NCBI GenBank assembly: GCA_965202665.1
Contig: OZ241841.1
Span: forward strand, 1,664,001 to 1,728,000
Reading direction: 5' to 3'
Length of the DNA stretch: 64,000 nt
Source: Candidatus Spongiisociaceae bacterium
GTDB lineage: Bacteria; Actinomycetota; Acidimicrobiia; Spongiisociales; Spongiisociaceae
Positions 35,574-45,585 of this stretch are shown here, piece by piece; the stretch's first letter is position 1; every line of letters begins with the position of its first letter. The notes under the pieces are model-generated. The model made no database searches, was not told the DNA's origin, and saw only the letters and a list, made by a program, of their open reading frames with translations. Made by a program: the position numbers and the translations under genes.

Positions 35574-38413
35574 GCACGTCCCTCGTCTCGTGCTTCAAGA
35601 ATTTCTTCTAAAGACATTGTGGTTTCCCGGTTATCGCGTTCGGTGAACATTTCATTTTTGATTATGTCCAAAATCAAAGACCGGAGCGTACCTAACTCGG
35701 GGTGGAACTGGTTTTGGTTTACTCTTATGTATTTCCAGGGCGTATCGGTGGCGGTGCTCACCTTACGGCACCAGTCTTGCATCGCGGCGTCTTTTTGTTC
35801 TGTTCCCTCCCAGACTCGCCCTTTGGTTTCGATAATCCAGTTCAACTCGCCTGCTTCCGTATCTTGGACGACCACCCAATCCGGATGGTAGAAGCCGATG
35901 GCTCCGCTCGGTTTCAGATAATTTACCCGGAAGGCGGTTCCAGACCCGCCCTGCTCTGTTGTCCCAAGTGCGGCGAAGCGCAGAACATCCTCTGCCTGGT
36001 CAAGAAACTCCGCAAACCTACGCTCAAAAGGGTTGTAGGTGGCTACAAAATTGAATATTGTTTTTCTCGCTTCTAAAAGAGGTAGATCTCGTCTCCAGCT
36101 GAAAGATGGGGTGTCGGAGAGGTGATTATCTAGATTCTCGAATTCAATGCGACGACGCTCTACGGTCAGCGTGCCTATTTGAGAAGCCAAATATTTCGAT
36201 ATAGCTTCTTGTAATTCTGACCTGGACAAGTGGGAACTAGTGTTTTGATCGTTCAGATCGATCGTTCTGCCAAAGCAACGTTCTCTAACATAATCCTGTA
36301 CTGTTGGATATAATTCGTGGAACTGACCGCTCAAACCCGTTTGTTTAGCAACCTTTTGTGTAATACTTGATAGAAGTTCTTTTACAGAAACGGTGGATTC
36401 CACGGCTATATTTGCTTGGTGAACCTCGGTTTCAGTGGTGGCAAACTCCATTCGCAATCTTATTCGGTAGCGTTCGTCCAAATCTTCCTGTTGAAAGATG
36501 GGATCGAGTAAAGTTAGATCCAGGTTGGAAAGGTCTCGTAGATTATGATACATATCCGGTTTAGTTATAGGAATGTTTATATCATATTCCATCTTCTCTT
36601 GTAATGGTGCTATTTTCACTGGAAGGGGCGGGGGTTTTTTAGTAACGGTTACGCTCACTCCCTCGGTCTCTAGTTGTTCGCGTAAGAATCTGAGCAAATT
36701 TGGCGTACCTAAAACTTCTAATGTTTGCGTGCGATCGGGGCCTATCTGGGGCATCAACCGGAGGCCCCGACCTATCACCTGCTCTGGTAATATTTCAGCT
36801 TTGGCTGTGAAAGGTCGCAGACCGAGAACCACGGACACATTTCTTACATCCCATCCTTCGCGTAACATCATAACGCTTACGATAACCTTTATTTTGTTTG
36901 TGTCCTTATCAATATCGCGAGCCGCCTGACGGGCCTTATCAACATCTCCTTTACGTACCTCTCCAGTGTTATCAGTGTGGATAATCAACACTTCTGACTC
37001 TTTGAATCCATATTCAGGGCTAGAATACAGTGCTTGGCCTATTGCATCTGCGTAGGCGTTTTTCTCGGCCATGATGAACAAAACTGGTCTTACATTCAAG
37101 GCATTGTATGACTGGTAATGTTCTTTCCAGCGTTCAGTAGCACTTCTCAGCCAGTGGCCGTATTTTTCTACAACATCTTCTTTTGTTACTCTAGTGGGTT
37201 CGTGGGCGGGTTTTTCAGGACTGTCCTGATCCACTATTATCGGGGCTTTTACTATTCTGTCCTCCACGGCTTGGGCGAGAGGGTAGTCACAGACGGTCCA
37301 AGGAAAGAACATACCGTTTTGGTCTTTGGGCGTGGCGGAAAAATCCAGCCAAAGACTAACACCGTTTGGTAGTGCTTGGTTAATGGAAAGAAGAGATCTG
37401 CTCCAAGCCAAGTCTTCGTCATGAACATGATGGGCTTCATCGTTGATAATAACAAGGTCATTTAGCAACTTTATTCGTTCCATCATAGAACGTTGGCCGG
37501 AGGTAGCGATACCCGATGCGGGCTTGCCAAGTAATGCTTCTACGGCGTTGCTTGGAGTCCACTCCTGGTCACGCGACTCATAGAGTTGATGAATGTTGGT
37601 CAGGAAGAGATTACCGGAAGGATCGGGTTCGGTGGACTCTCCACGTAGAATGACCCTTTGTGAGAATACCCTTTTTAGTTCCGGTGGTATCAAAGGTAAC
37701 TCGTGAAATATTTGGTTGTTGGCAAAATCTTTTTCCAGTCTTTGATACACGATGACATTTGGGGCTACTATTAGAAAGTTAGTGGAAAGATTGGAGTCGG
37801 GCACCAGACGGCTGTGGAGATGAGACCAAACTATAGTCATAGCCATCACCCAAGTTTTTCCCGAACCCGTCGCCATTTTGAAAGCAAAACGACGTAAGTC
37901 TTTAGGTGGTAAATCTTGTGCCCCAAAATCGCTGCGTTCTGGTATGTAGCGGCGGACTTGTCGTTTCCCATCCGTAGTAGTTTGGAAAGATAAATTGCTT
38001 TCAGTGAGAGTATCCATATAAAAGGTGTGGTATTTTTGTATCAGATTCTTTGCATCGCGTTGGTTTGCTATTTCCACGAGCCAGGCTAAAGTGTCGATAG
38101 CCTCGCGTTGGCAAAAGTGATAGCGGAAAGGAACTTCAAAATTTTGCACTTCGTGGTCTTCCTCGAACCAATATTCAAACAGACGTTTGGTTACATCGGA
38201 GGCTCCCTGGTAGCCGCTACTGCGCCAAGCATCCACCGCCTCACGGATTTTGGGAACTAAAAAGATAGGGCTAGGTCGACGCCCGGAGGTTTCCTCGCGC
38301 CAACCTGTTGACGCTGTTTCGTCTTTGACCAGGTAGGAAACAGGCTCAACCCAAGGAAGACGACCTTGGATCCCCGGCAGTTGCTTGTCGTAGGGAATTA
38401 CTGGTTCAGACAT
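35570..38413 (-). CDS. res: Type III restriction endonuclease subunit (SF2 helicase + PD-(D/E)XK) with a C-terminal antitoxin-like tail
   Basis: KMATGSGKT, INDEAHH, DFSATP, MLREGWD, EQVIGRGLR, YHPDW...IIETKG; tail SLEEILEARDEGRA. Confidence 0.9.
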   Translation of the reverse strand: MSEPVIPYDKQLPGIQGRLPWVEPVSYLVKDETASTGWREETSGRRPSPIFLVPKIREAVDAWRSSGYQGASDVTKRLFEYWFEEDHEVQNFEVPFRYHFCQREAIDTLAWLVEIANQRDAKNLIQKYHTFYMDTLTESNLSFQTTTDGKRQVRRYIPERSDFGAQDLPPKDLRRFAFKMATGSGKTWVMAMTIVWSHLHSRLVPDSNLSTNFLIVAPNVIVYQRLEKDFANNQIFHELPLIPPELKRVFSQRVILRGESTEPDPSGNLFLTNIHQLYESRDQEWTPSNAVEALLGKPASGIATSGQRSMMERIKLLNDLVIINDEAHHVHDEDLAWSRSLLSINQALPNGVSLWLDFSATPKDQNGMFFPWTVCDYPLAQAVEDRIVKAPIIVDQDSPEKPAHEPTRVTKEDVVEKYGHWLRSATERWKEHYQSYNALNVRPVLFIMAEKNAYADAIGQALYSSPEYGFKESEVLIIHTDNTGEVRKGDVDKARQAARDIDKDTNKIKVIVSVMMLREGWDVRNVSVVLGLRPFTAKAEILPEQVIGRGLRLMPQIGPDRTQTLEVLGTPNLLRFLREQLETEGVSVTVTKKPPPLPVKIAPLQEKMEYDINIPITKPDMYHNLRDLSNLDLTLLDPIFQQEDLDERYRIRLRMEFATTETEVHQANIAVESTVSVKELLSSITQKVAKQTGLSGQFHELYPTVQDYVRERCFGRTIDLNDQNTSSHLSRSELQEAISKYLASQIGTLTVERRRIEFENLDNHLSDTPSFSWRRDLPLLEARKTIFNFVATYNPFERRFAEFLDQAEDVLRFAALGTTEQGGSGTAFRVNYLKPSGAIGFYHPDWVVVQDTEAGELNWIIETKGRVWEGTEQKDAAMQDWCRKVSTATDTPWKYIRVNQNQFHPELGTLRSLILDIIKNEMFTERDNRETTMSLEEILEARDEGRA

Positions 38414-40292
38414 TAACCGACCTCAATGTCAAAACCCTGAGTAGTATCGTTACCAAAAACATCTATCACTTTGACCAGAATACGATATACACCAGGGGTC
38501 TCGTATGTGTGGGTGTCTGTTTCGAGGCGGAGGGTTCGGTCCTTACGGGTCCGGTAATCCACCCATCCTTGTATAAAGGTGTCATTTTGGAAGTTCCAAT
38601 CGACAGACCAGTAGTCAATGTAATCTGACCATTCCTTTATTTTACCCCGTATATCATCAGGGATGAGCTCCGAATTTGGGATGACGAAATCCTTCAAGAT
38701 TATCTTTATAGAAAGAACATCGGATTTTTGGATATCGGTTTCAAGATATGCTAATTCAAAGAATTGTATATCGTCTTTGTCAACGGCTTGTTGTTCCATA
38801 ATCTCACGCGGTATCTGGAATAGTAATAATTTGATTCCTTTTTCTTTAGCCACACTGTGCATGAGTCCCCCCCCCGTATATTGTTATTAGGTCCGGCCAG
38901 TCCCATTTCCCACTCCCATCCCAAAACATGAAGCTCTTGTTGGTTTAAGTGAGCACATTCATTGAGTGCTTGATCTATTTCGGTTATAGTGATGGGAGCA
39001 TCAACTGACCCAATGTAAACTAATGCTTTATCTTTCTTGCCATGTAGGCACTCTAAGCCAGGAACAGGTTGCGCTCCATACAATTTCATCACAAACGAAT
39101 AGTATTCGTATATACGATGTTCAATAACTATCGGATTCCTTGACTCATAAAAGGCAGAATCTTGCCAGTATTGTCGTTCGTATTTGCCGAGATTAAGTAT
39201 TTCAAAGGGTTTACATTCTTCAATACCTAGTAACCGCTTTCGGGTAATATGAATACTCCAGCGTCCAAGATCGCAACCAATCCATCTTCTGTTTAGTTTT
39301 TCCGATACCGCGAGTGTGGTGCCTGCGCCGCAAAAAAAATCAGCAATAAGATCATCAGGATTTGATGACGCTTTTATTATCCGTGCTAACACACTTTCGT
39401 TCTTTTGAGTTTGGTAGCCTGTTTTTTCTTGGGAAAAACTCTTGATCTGAATAGAGTCTAGTGATTGATTTCCTTTTAAGGCGAATTCATGAGAATTGGC
39501 ATTCCAAACATCCTCAATAGGGTATCCGTTGCCTTTGGTTTGATCGTTTCCTCTACGTTGGTAATCATCAGAGTAAGGTATGTATTCTTTGTTGAATTTA
39601 AAGTAACCAGGTGTCTTTACATAAAAGAGAATTGTATCGTGATTACGAATCCAGTTTTTGGCTCTAGATTTATAACCAGATATCCAACCTATCCTCCATA
39701 TTATTTCCCTTTGAAAACTGCGCATTCCAAATATTTCATCCATCATAACCTTTACATAGTGACCTACGTTGGCATCAAGATGAACATATATTGCCCCACT
39801 ATCTTTTAGTAGTTCTCGCATTATAGATAGCCGTGATCTCACCATATCAAGATAGCTCTCTATACCCTCCTTCCAAGTATCTCTATAAGCTTTTTCCTCG
39901 ATAATAGAAGGTTCTTTTGTTGTTTGTATATCCGTATCGCCCAGTTCTGCTTTAAAAGAAAAATCCAAGCCTGTGGCGAATGGAGGATCGATATATATGA
40001 GATCAATTTTGCCAGCAAATCTTTCCAGTAGCGAGCTCATTACTAGCAGGTTGTCGCCCCAGATTAGTTTGTTTTTCCAGCCTTCTTCGAAGGTGTCGCC
40101 TTCGTTGCCTTGGTAGACATCGAATAGGGACATCCCTTTGGTTTGCTGTGTTTCGCGGGTGGCGCGGCTTTCGTTGACGGTCTCTATGACCTGGAAGGGC
40201 AGGCTGACGCGGGGCACCTCTTTCAGGGTGCCGTCTTCGTTGTATTTACCGGGCCAGACCAGCTCGGTTTTGGCGATTTCTATTTTGGTCAT
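38413..40292 (-). pseudogene. mod: Type III DNA methyltransferase, out of frame at a G9 tract (phase-OFF allele, mutation or sequencing error)
   Basis: ATG at 40292 overlaps the helicase stop. Motifs NKLIWGDN, IYIDPPF, YQTQKNE, DFFCGAGTT, GWEWEMG. Continues in another frame (MHSVAKEKGIKLLLFQIPRE...YIDYWSVDW...KVIDVFGND) across C9 at 38867-75. Confidence 0.88.
38867..38875 (-). repeat. Poly-G (G9) tract at the mod frameshift
   Basis: The coding strand reads ATA C-GGGGGGGGG-ACTC ATG. G7 or G10 would restore the frame. Confidence 0.85.
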
Positions 40293-43150
40293 CCTGTTTC
40301 TCCGATGATGCCGTCCGTACGGCACAGCCTCCGCAGGTCGCATTCTTGGCAGATATCCGCTTCGGGCGGGGCGGACACTGCGAACTCGCCCGCCTGGATG
40401 CGCCGCACGGTGGCGTCGAAATGGCGGCCGGCCTCCTCTACCCGCTCCGGTCTGTATGGTAGCGCCATCAGCGCATCCTGCTTGCGTTGCTCCGAAGTCC
40501 AGTAGAGCAACAGTCGATCCACCCGCTTGCCCCGCCGTTGCTCCAAGATGTGGGCGTAGGTGCAGAGTTGCCGTTCGTAGGCCTCTATCAGATTCGGGTT
40601 GTCTTTGGGGCGGGGCGAAGTCTTGAAATCCAGCAGCTCCAATTTGCCGTCCCCGCCCATCAACAGGTCCACCTTGCCGGACAGGATGTAGTCGTCCTTC
40701 TCCAAAGACACATCCACCTCGGTTTCGATGATGCGGCCCATCTCGTCTTGGTTTTGCCGGAAATAGTTCATCACCTGTCGGAACGCGGCCTCTTTGACCA
40801 CCCCGCTGATGGGCCGCCGGTCGGACAGGCTCAGGACTCGGAAGTTGTCTTCGAACAGGTCGCTGATGCGGTTCTCGTCGAGGGAGTCCAGTTGGCCGTC
40901 CATGGCGAAGCGGTGGATGCCCTCGATGGACTGGTGGACGAGCTGGCCGAAAAAGAAGACCGCCGACCGGGACGGGGTGAAGTCGTATTCCCGGAAGAAC
41001 TGATACTGGCGCGGGCAGGTTTCGTAGACTTTGAGGTCGCCGGTGAAACTGTAGGTTTTTTTGACGGGCGTCCGTTCATGCGAGGCAAAACGCTGGGCGG
41101 CCAGCTTATCCTTCTCCGCGTACGGCCACTGGGGGAGGCCCTCCCAGATGGCGGCGAAGTGTTTCTTGGGCGTTTTGTGGGCGGTTAGGACCAGCACATT
41201 CTGCGCTCTGGAAAAGGCCACGTAGTGTTGGCGCATCCGGTCAAAATTGGTTATGCGGTCTTCGGGTTCAAAAGGCGGACGGTGATAGAACGGGGCCAAG
41301 TTGCGGTCAATTTGCTTGCCGGTGGGAATCTGCGCCGACAGGGAGCCGACCGCCACCACCGGAAACTCCAAGCCCTTGGACTGATGGATGGTCATCACTT
41401 GCACGTAACCTTTCGGGAACGGCTGATCCGGGTCCTCGTATTCGTTGATGCCTCCCGAATGAAGCAGGCGCAGGAAACTGTTGAAAAAACTGCGGGGCAG
41501 AGACTCCCGGTTGTCGTAGGTGATAACCGGGTAGCCGTAGAAAACCTGAAAAGCGTTGAGAAGCTGGGAGAAGATGGCCAGGTTGCAGGCCGTGTTTTCA
41601 TCTTTGGCCGCGCTCCGGAACGGTTCCAAGGCGAGCAGGCGGTAGAAGTAGTCGGTAGGACGCAGGTCGAGGGTCTGCCTTTTCTCCAGGGCGGCGATTT
41701 CGTCCGTCCACCGGCGGAGGGCCCGGGCGAGCGGGCTGGACTTTTCGAACTGCTGACAGAGTTGAAGGATGGCCTCATCCGCATATCGGGCCAGTTTTTT
41801 GAGCGCCCATCCCGAAACCGGATCCCGTTGGTCGCCGTACCAGCCGAGCAGGATTGCGTAACAGGCCACCAGGTTGCGGATGGCGGGAATATCAAAGAAG
41901 CCCCGGGCGCGGGGGCAGAAAGCGGGGATGCCCCTGGCTTGCAAGGCTTCCAGATAGTGACCGCTGTGCTTCTCGCGGACGCTGTGCAACAGGAGGGCCA
42001 CCTGGCTGTAATCCTCAATCACCTGATTTTTTTTCAGAAACTCCACCAGATCGGCGAATCGTTCAGCCTCGTCCTGGACGCCGGTTCCCCATATGCTGAT
42101 GACGGCCGGGTAGTTGGAGCGGTCTCCGTTCGGGTTGGCGACGATGGTTTTGTCGTAACGGAAGGAGTGGCCGGCCGAGTTGGACCAGTCCGCCGAGGAC
42201 ATCCAATCGTCGTAGCGTTCCACTATGGCGGGATGCGAGCGGTAGTTGGAAGTCAACTTGATGACCCGGCAGTCGGACACCCGCTGGGGGAACTCCAAGA
42301 TGTTGCGCACCGTGGCCCCCCGGAAGCGGTATATGCTCTGGTCCTCGTCACCCACCACGCACAGGTTCTGGTCGGGCCCCGCCAGTTTGAGGAGCAACTG
42401 TTCCTGGATGAAGTTGGTGTCCTGGTATTCGTCCACTAGCAGGTAGCGGAGATGGGGGGAAACCGAGTCGGCGGCGGCTGGGTCGTTCAGCAGGTCGTAG
42501 AAATGTCGTTGCAGGTGGGCGAAATCGACGCGGTTTTTGTTCAACAGGGCCTTTTGATAACTGAGGTAGGCGGAGCCGATGGCCCTGATGAAAGAGTCGT
42601 CCGAGTTCGTCATCAGGTTCGGATCGACCAGTTCTTCGGTTATTTTGTCAAAATACCCTCTCGCCCTTTCGATGGCCGTCCAGCGGGTTGTCCAACGGGT
42701 CAGATAGCGGCCGTCCTCATCTTTTTCTCCGATGATGTCGTCGAAATGTTCGAAGATGAACAACAGTTGGGTCAGCTCGTCCAAGGTTTGGTAGCCGTGC
42801 CCGAGGTTCGTCCGGTGGCGGTGACGGGTCAGGGCCCGGTTGCAAAATCCGTGGATGGTGGAGATGGTCAGGTCGGACAGGTCCTCCTTGTAACCCAGCT
42901 GGCTGGCGTAGGCGGCCAGACGGTCCCGCATTTCGTAGGCGGCTTTCTCGGTGAAAGTGCACAACGCCATCTCTTTCGGTTCCGCCTTCTTCAACAGCAA
43001 CAGGTTCAAGGCCCGCAGGACGATGCTGTAGGTTTTGCCGGAGCCGGGGCCGGCTATCACCAGGAGCGGGCCGTCCAGATGGCCGATGACCTCCTGCTGG
43101 CTGGGGTTTAGTTGCAGGTTGTGCTCCACAATTGCGGGAGCGATGGTCAT
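40289..43150 (-). CDS. UvrD/REP-family helicase fused to a C-terminal PD-(D/E)XK nuclease with an Fe-S-type Cys cluster
   Basis: IAGPGSGKT, LVDEYQD, VGDEDQSIYRFRGA, NYRS, MTIHQSKGLEF, YVAFSRA; C-terminal CPRQY...GKVDL...LDFKT...QLCTY...CQECDLRRLC. Confidence 0.92.
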   Translation of the reverse strand: MTIAPAIVEHNLQLNPSQQEVIGHLDGPLLVIAGPGSGKTYSIVLRALNLLLLKKAEPKEMALCTFTEKAAYEMRDRLAAYASQLGYKEDLSDLTISTIHGFCNRALTRHRHRTNLGHGYQTLDELTQLLFIFEHFDDIIGEKDEDGRYLTRWTTRWTAIERARGYFDKITEELVDPNLMTNSDDSFIRAIGSAYLSYQKALLNKNRVDFAHLQRHFYDLLNDPAAADSVSPHLRYLLVDEYQDTNFIQEQLLLKLAGPDQNLCVVGDEDQSIYRFRGATVRNILEFPQRVSDCRVIKLTSNYRSHPAIVERYDDWMSSADWSNSAGHSFRYDKTIVANPNGDRSNYPAVISIWGTGVQDEAERFADLVEFLKKNQVIEDYSQVALLLHSVREKHSGHYLEALQARGIPAFCPRARGFFDIPAIRNLVACYAILLGWYGDQRDPVSGWALKKLARYADEAILQLCQQFEKSSPLARALRRWTDEIAALEKRQTLDLRPTDYFYRLLALEPFRSAAKDENTACNLAIFSQLLNAFQVFYGYPVITYDNRESLPRSFFNSFLRLLHSGGINEYEDPDQPFPKGYVQVMTIHQSKGLEFPVVAVGSLSAQIPTGKQIDRNLAPFYHRPPFEPEDRITNFDRMRQHYVAFSRAQNVLVLTAHKTPKKHFAAIWEGLPQWPYAEKDKLAAQRFASHERTPVKKTYSFTGDLKVYETCPRQYQFFREYDFTPSRSAVFFFGQLVHQSIEGIHRFAMDGQLDSLDENRISDLFEDNFRVLSLSDRRPISGVVKEAAFRQVMNYFRQNQDEMGRIIETEVDVSLEKDDYILSGKVDLLMGGDGKLELLDFKTSPRPKDNPNLIEAYERQLCTYAHILEQRRGKRVDRLLLYWTSEQRKQDALMALPYRPERVEEAGRHFDATVRRIQAGEFAVSAPPEADICQECDLRRLCRTDGIIGETG

Positions 43151-43872
43151 AGCAGTCCTGCTTTTCTGAAGCTGAAAGTTTCCCGGTGGGACACCACGAG
43201 GTGATCCGCCACCCGCAGGCTAATGGTTTCGGCGGCCAGCACGATGGCGCGGGTGATTACTTTGTCATGTTCGGTCGGCTCCGTTTGGCCGTTCGGATGG
43301 TTGTGGGCGAGAAGCAGGGCCGCCGCCTGGTTGCGAACGGCGGCTTCCACGACCCGCCGGGGATACACGGCTACCCGGTCGATGGCCCCCTCCTGCAGGA
43401 TTTCCACGCCATCGGGGAGGAGGCGGTATCCGGAATCCAAATAGGCAACCGCGAACACTTCGTGTCTGAGGCCGCCGATTCGCATCCGCCAAAAGCTGCT
43501 GATTTTCTCCGGTTCGAGCAGGATGTCGGTGCCTTCCGCCGTGTGTTGCAGGTACAGGTTGGCCGTCTCCCGGATGATTTTCACGGCGACTGCGGCCGGT
43601 TCGCTCAGACCGGCTGACTGCAGTTCGGCGGGGGAGGCGTCCAGAACGTTGCGCAGGCAGCCGAAGCGCCGGAGCAGATCGCGGGCGGACGCCCCGTTGT
43701 CGGCGACGGGGGAGGCCAGGTTCAGCAGCAATTCGATCACCTCGTGGTCGGCGAGCCCCGCCAAGCCGGTTTTGCGAAACCGCCGGCGGAGCGGGTGGCC
43801 TTTGTCGAGAGGACGCGGCGGATCCGCCCGTAGGAGGGCTTCGTTCTGCGGACGCAGTGCGGGCGCGGTCAT
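43147..43872 (-). CDS. radC: RadC-family (JAB/MPN) protein
   Basis: LADHEVIELLL, E-x-F...VYPRRVV...AHNHPNG...PTEHD...VADHLVV; ends SFRKAGLL. Confidence 0.9.
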   Translation of the reverse strand: MTAPALRPQNEALLRADPPRPLDKGHPLRRRFRKTGLAGLADHEVIELLLNLASPVADNGASARDLLRRFGCLRNVLDASPAELQSAGLSEPAAVAVKIIRETANLYLQHTAEGTDILLEPEKISSFWRMRIGGLRHEVFAVAYLDSGYRLLPDGVEILQEGAIDRVAVYPRRVVEAAVRNQAAALLLAHNHPNGQTEPTEHDKVITRAIVLAAETISLRVADHLVVSHRETFSFRKAGLL

Positions 43873-44057
43873 GGTCTTTGGCGAGTCGCCTCCAGCGTGC
43901 TGATGCTTTCCACTTCCAATATGCACAATTTTTCGCCGTGCGACAAGGGGTATGTTTTTCCCATCTCCGCAACCGTCGAGATCCCATAGAAGCGCGGGAG
44001 GCGAAACCCCCAGGTCTTCGATTGTTTCGGATGGGCGGTGGTCGCTCCAGCTGAAAG

Positions 44058-45550
44058 TTATTCCCGTGTTTGCTGAAGGTAATCCTGGCCTTTTGTCGTT
44101 AGGCGGTAGCGTTGCTTGCTGCTTTGCGGTTTTTCCGGGATGGTCATTTCGATCAGGCCGGATTTCAAGGCGGGCAGCAGGTAGGAAGTCCGAAAATGGC
44201 CTTTATGCTTGAGGTTCAGGATTTTTCGCAGTTGCTCGCTGGTTGCTTCTTCGGCTATAGCGGCCAGTAACTCGGCGACTTGGACGGTGACTTGGTCGGT
44301 GACTTGTACGGTTTGGAGACTTACTTGGTCGGTGACTTGGTCGGTGGGGGGTTGGACTTGGTCGGTTTTGAGGGTGACTTGGTCGGTTTCTTGGTCGGTT
44401 TGGGGTTCGACTTGGTCGGTGACTTGTACGGTTTGGGGACTTACTTGGTCGGTTTCTTGGTCGGTGGGGGGTTGGACTTGGTCGGTTTTGAGGGTGACTT
44501 GGTCGGTGACTTGGTCGGTTTGGGGACTTACTTGGTCGGTGACTTGGTCGGTTTGGGGAGCCTCTTGGTCGGTAACTTGGTCGGTTTTCGGACTTACTTG
44601 GTCGGTGGGGGCTTCGACTTGGTCGGTGGGGGCATTTGTCCGGACTTCCGGGTTGGGGTGGAAGGTGATGGTTATGAAGTGGTCGGCTTCGAATTCGGGT
44701 TCCGGGCAGTCCATCTCTTTGGCCTCCTCCCGGATGCGGCGGATGCCGGTGCCGGCCTTCTCGATGAAGTCGATGCGGTGGAGCAGGTCGGCGATCAGGG
44801 GATTCCGCCGCCTGCTGGTGCGGCCGATGTTGGTGAGGGTGACGCCCGGGGGCAGTTTGCCGGGGCTGATCACCTCGATCCGGTCGACGTACACTTCCAC
44901 GAAGACGTTCGACCCGGTGAAATACCAGTCCCGGTGCATGACCGCGTTGGTGACGGCCTCGCGCAGCGCCTTCATGGGGTATTCCTTGATGTTTTCCCGT
45001 TGCAGGCCCTCAATCCGGTATTTGGTGCGGGTGTTGCGGTCGATGAAAGCCATGGCGTTTTCGATGTCGGCCACCACGCCCCCCTCCAGGTCGCTCCGAT
45101 CCAGGATGTGCACCTTGTCCGTACCCTGCCCCATCAGGCAGGTGATGTACGCATCGGGGAAGAATTGGCGCACGTTTTTGGCGAAGAACAGCACGCCCGC
45201 GTTGCGGAGCCGCAACTGGCCGCCCGTCCGCTCCGCCACCCCGATGTTGACCAGCATTTCCTCGGTGGAGGCGAGGTCGGTGATGCGGGAGCGCCGGAAC
45301 CAGTCGTCGAATTTGGCCTGGTCGAAGTCCTCCGGGTATTTGAATCGGGGGCAAAAAGAGCGGTCGAATTCCAGGGCCCCCTCCGTTTGGAAGAATCCGA
45401 GAATTTCGCTCCGGCTGAGTTTTTGCGTCATCGCTCCCTGCCTGGCGAAGAACCCGTTCCGGCATTGCACCGGTTTGACCTCGCCTTCGTTTACATGGAC
45501 TGCCAACACTTTACCCACCGACTCCTCCCACACCTGCACCGGCGGGTTTC
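44058..45550 (-). pseudogene. N-terminally truncated Schlafen/AlbA_2 + HATPase_c_4 (RecG-C-like) + wHTH protein with TDQV repeat insert
   Basis: YPMKALREAVTNAVMHRD, DRIEVISPG, RNPLIADLL, IEKAGTGI; C-terminal YLLPALKSGLIEMTIPEKPQSSKQRYRLT. The AlbA EFK/AFAN-GG motifs are missing, and the frame runs into the antisense of the next gene. Confidence 0.75.
44270..44640 (-). repeat. Coding tandem repeat of ~21 T(D/V)Q(V/E) units (12- and 21-nt units, 120-bp higher-order copy)
   Basis: ACTTGGTCGGT recurs on the plus strand; 44281-44400 is near-identical to 44401-44520. Confidence 0.9.
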
Positions 45551-45585
45551 CCGCGCCGGGGGGAGGGGCGTGGTTAAATAGGGTT

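Larger units (their letters stand above)
30500..45550. other. AT-rich mosaic defence island upstream of tRNA-Arg (no integrase or att repeat seen)
   Basis: Abrupt compositional change after the tRNA. Contains TA-like, R-M, helicase-nuclease, RadC and Schlafen-like genes. The right edge is marked by a truncated gene. Confidence 0.75.

Noticed and set aside
38413-38862. Separate 149-aa gene between mod and res
   Set aside because: Its sequence is the normal C-terminal part of this Mod type, split off by the G9 frameshift.
40289-41100. Cas4 / CRISPR adaptation gene
   Set aside because: The Cys-cluster PD-(D/E)XK domain is the C-terminus of a UvrD fusion; there is no cas1/cas2 or array in the window.
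44270-44640. Short regularly recurring repeats resembling a CRISPR array
   Set aside because: The units are 12/21 nt, in frame, encode TDQV peptides and have no unique spacers; there are no cas genes.
44209-45585. Long plus-strand ORFs (652 aa and 433 aa) across the repeat
   Set aside because: These are antisense shadows of the ATP-binding gene; only the part from ATG 45586 has a real family signature.
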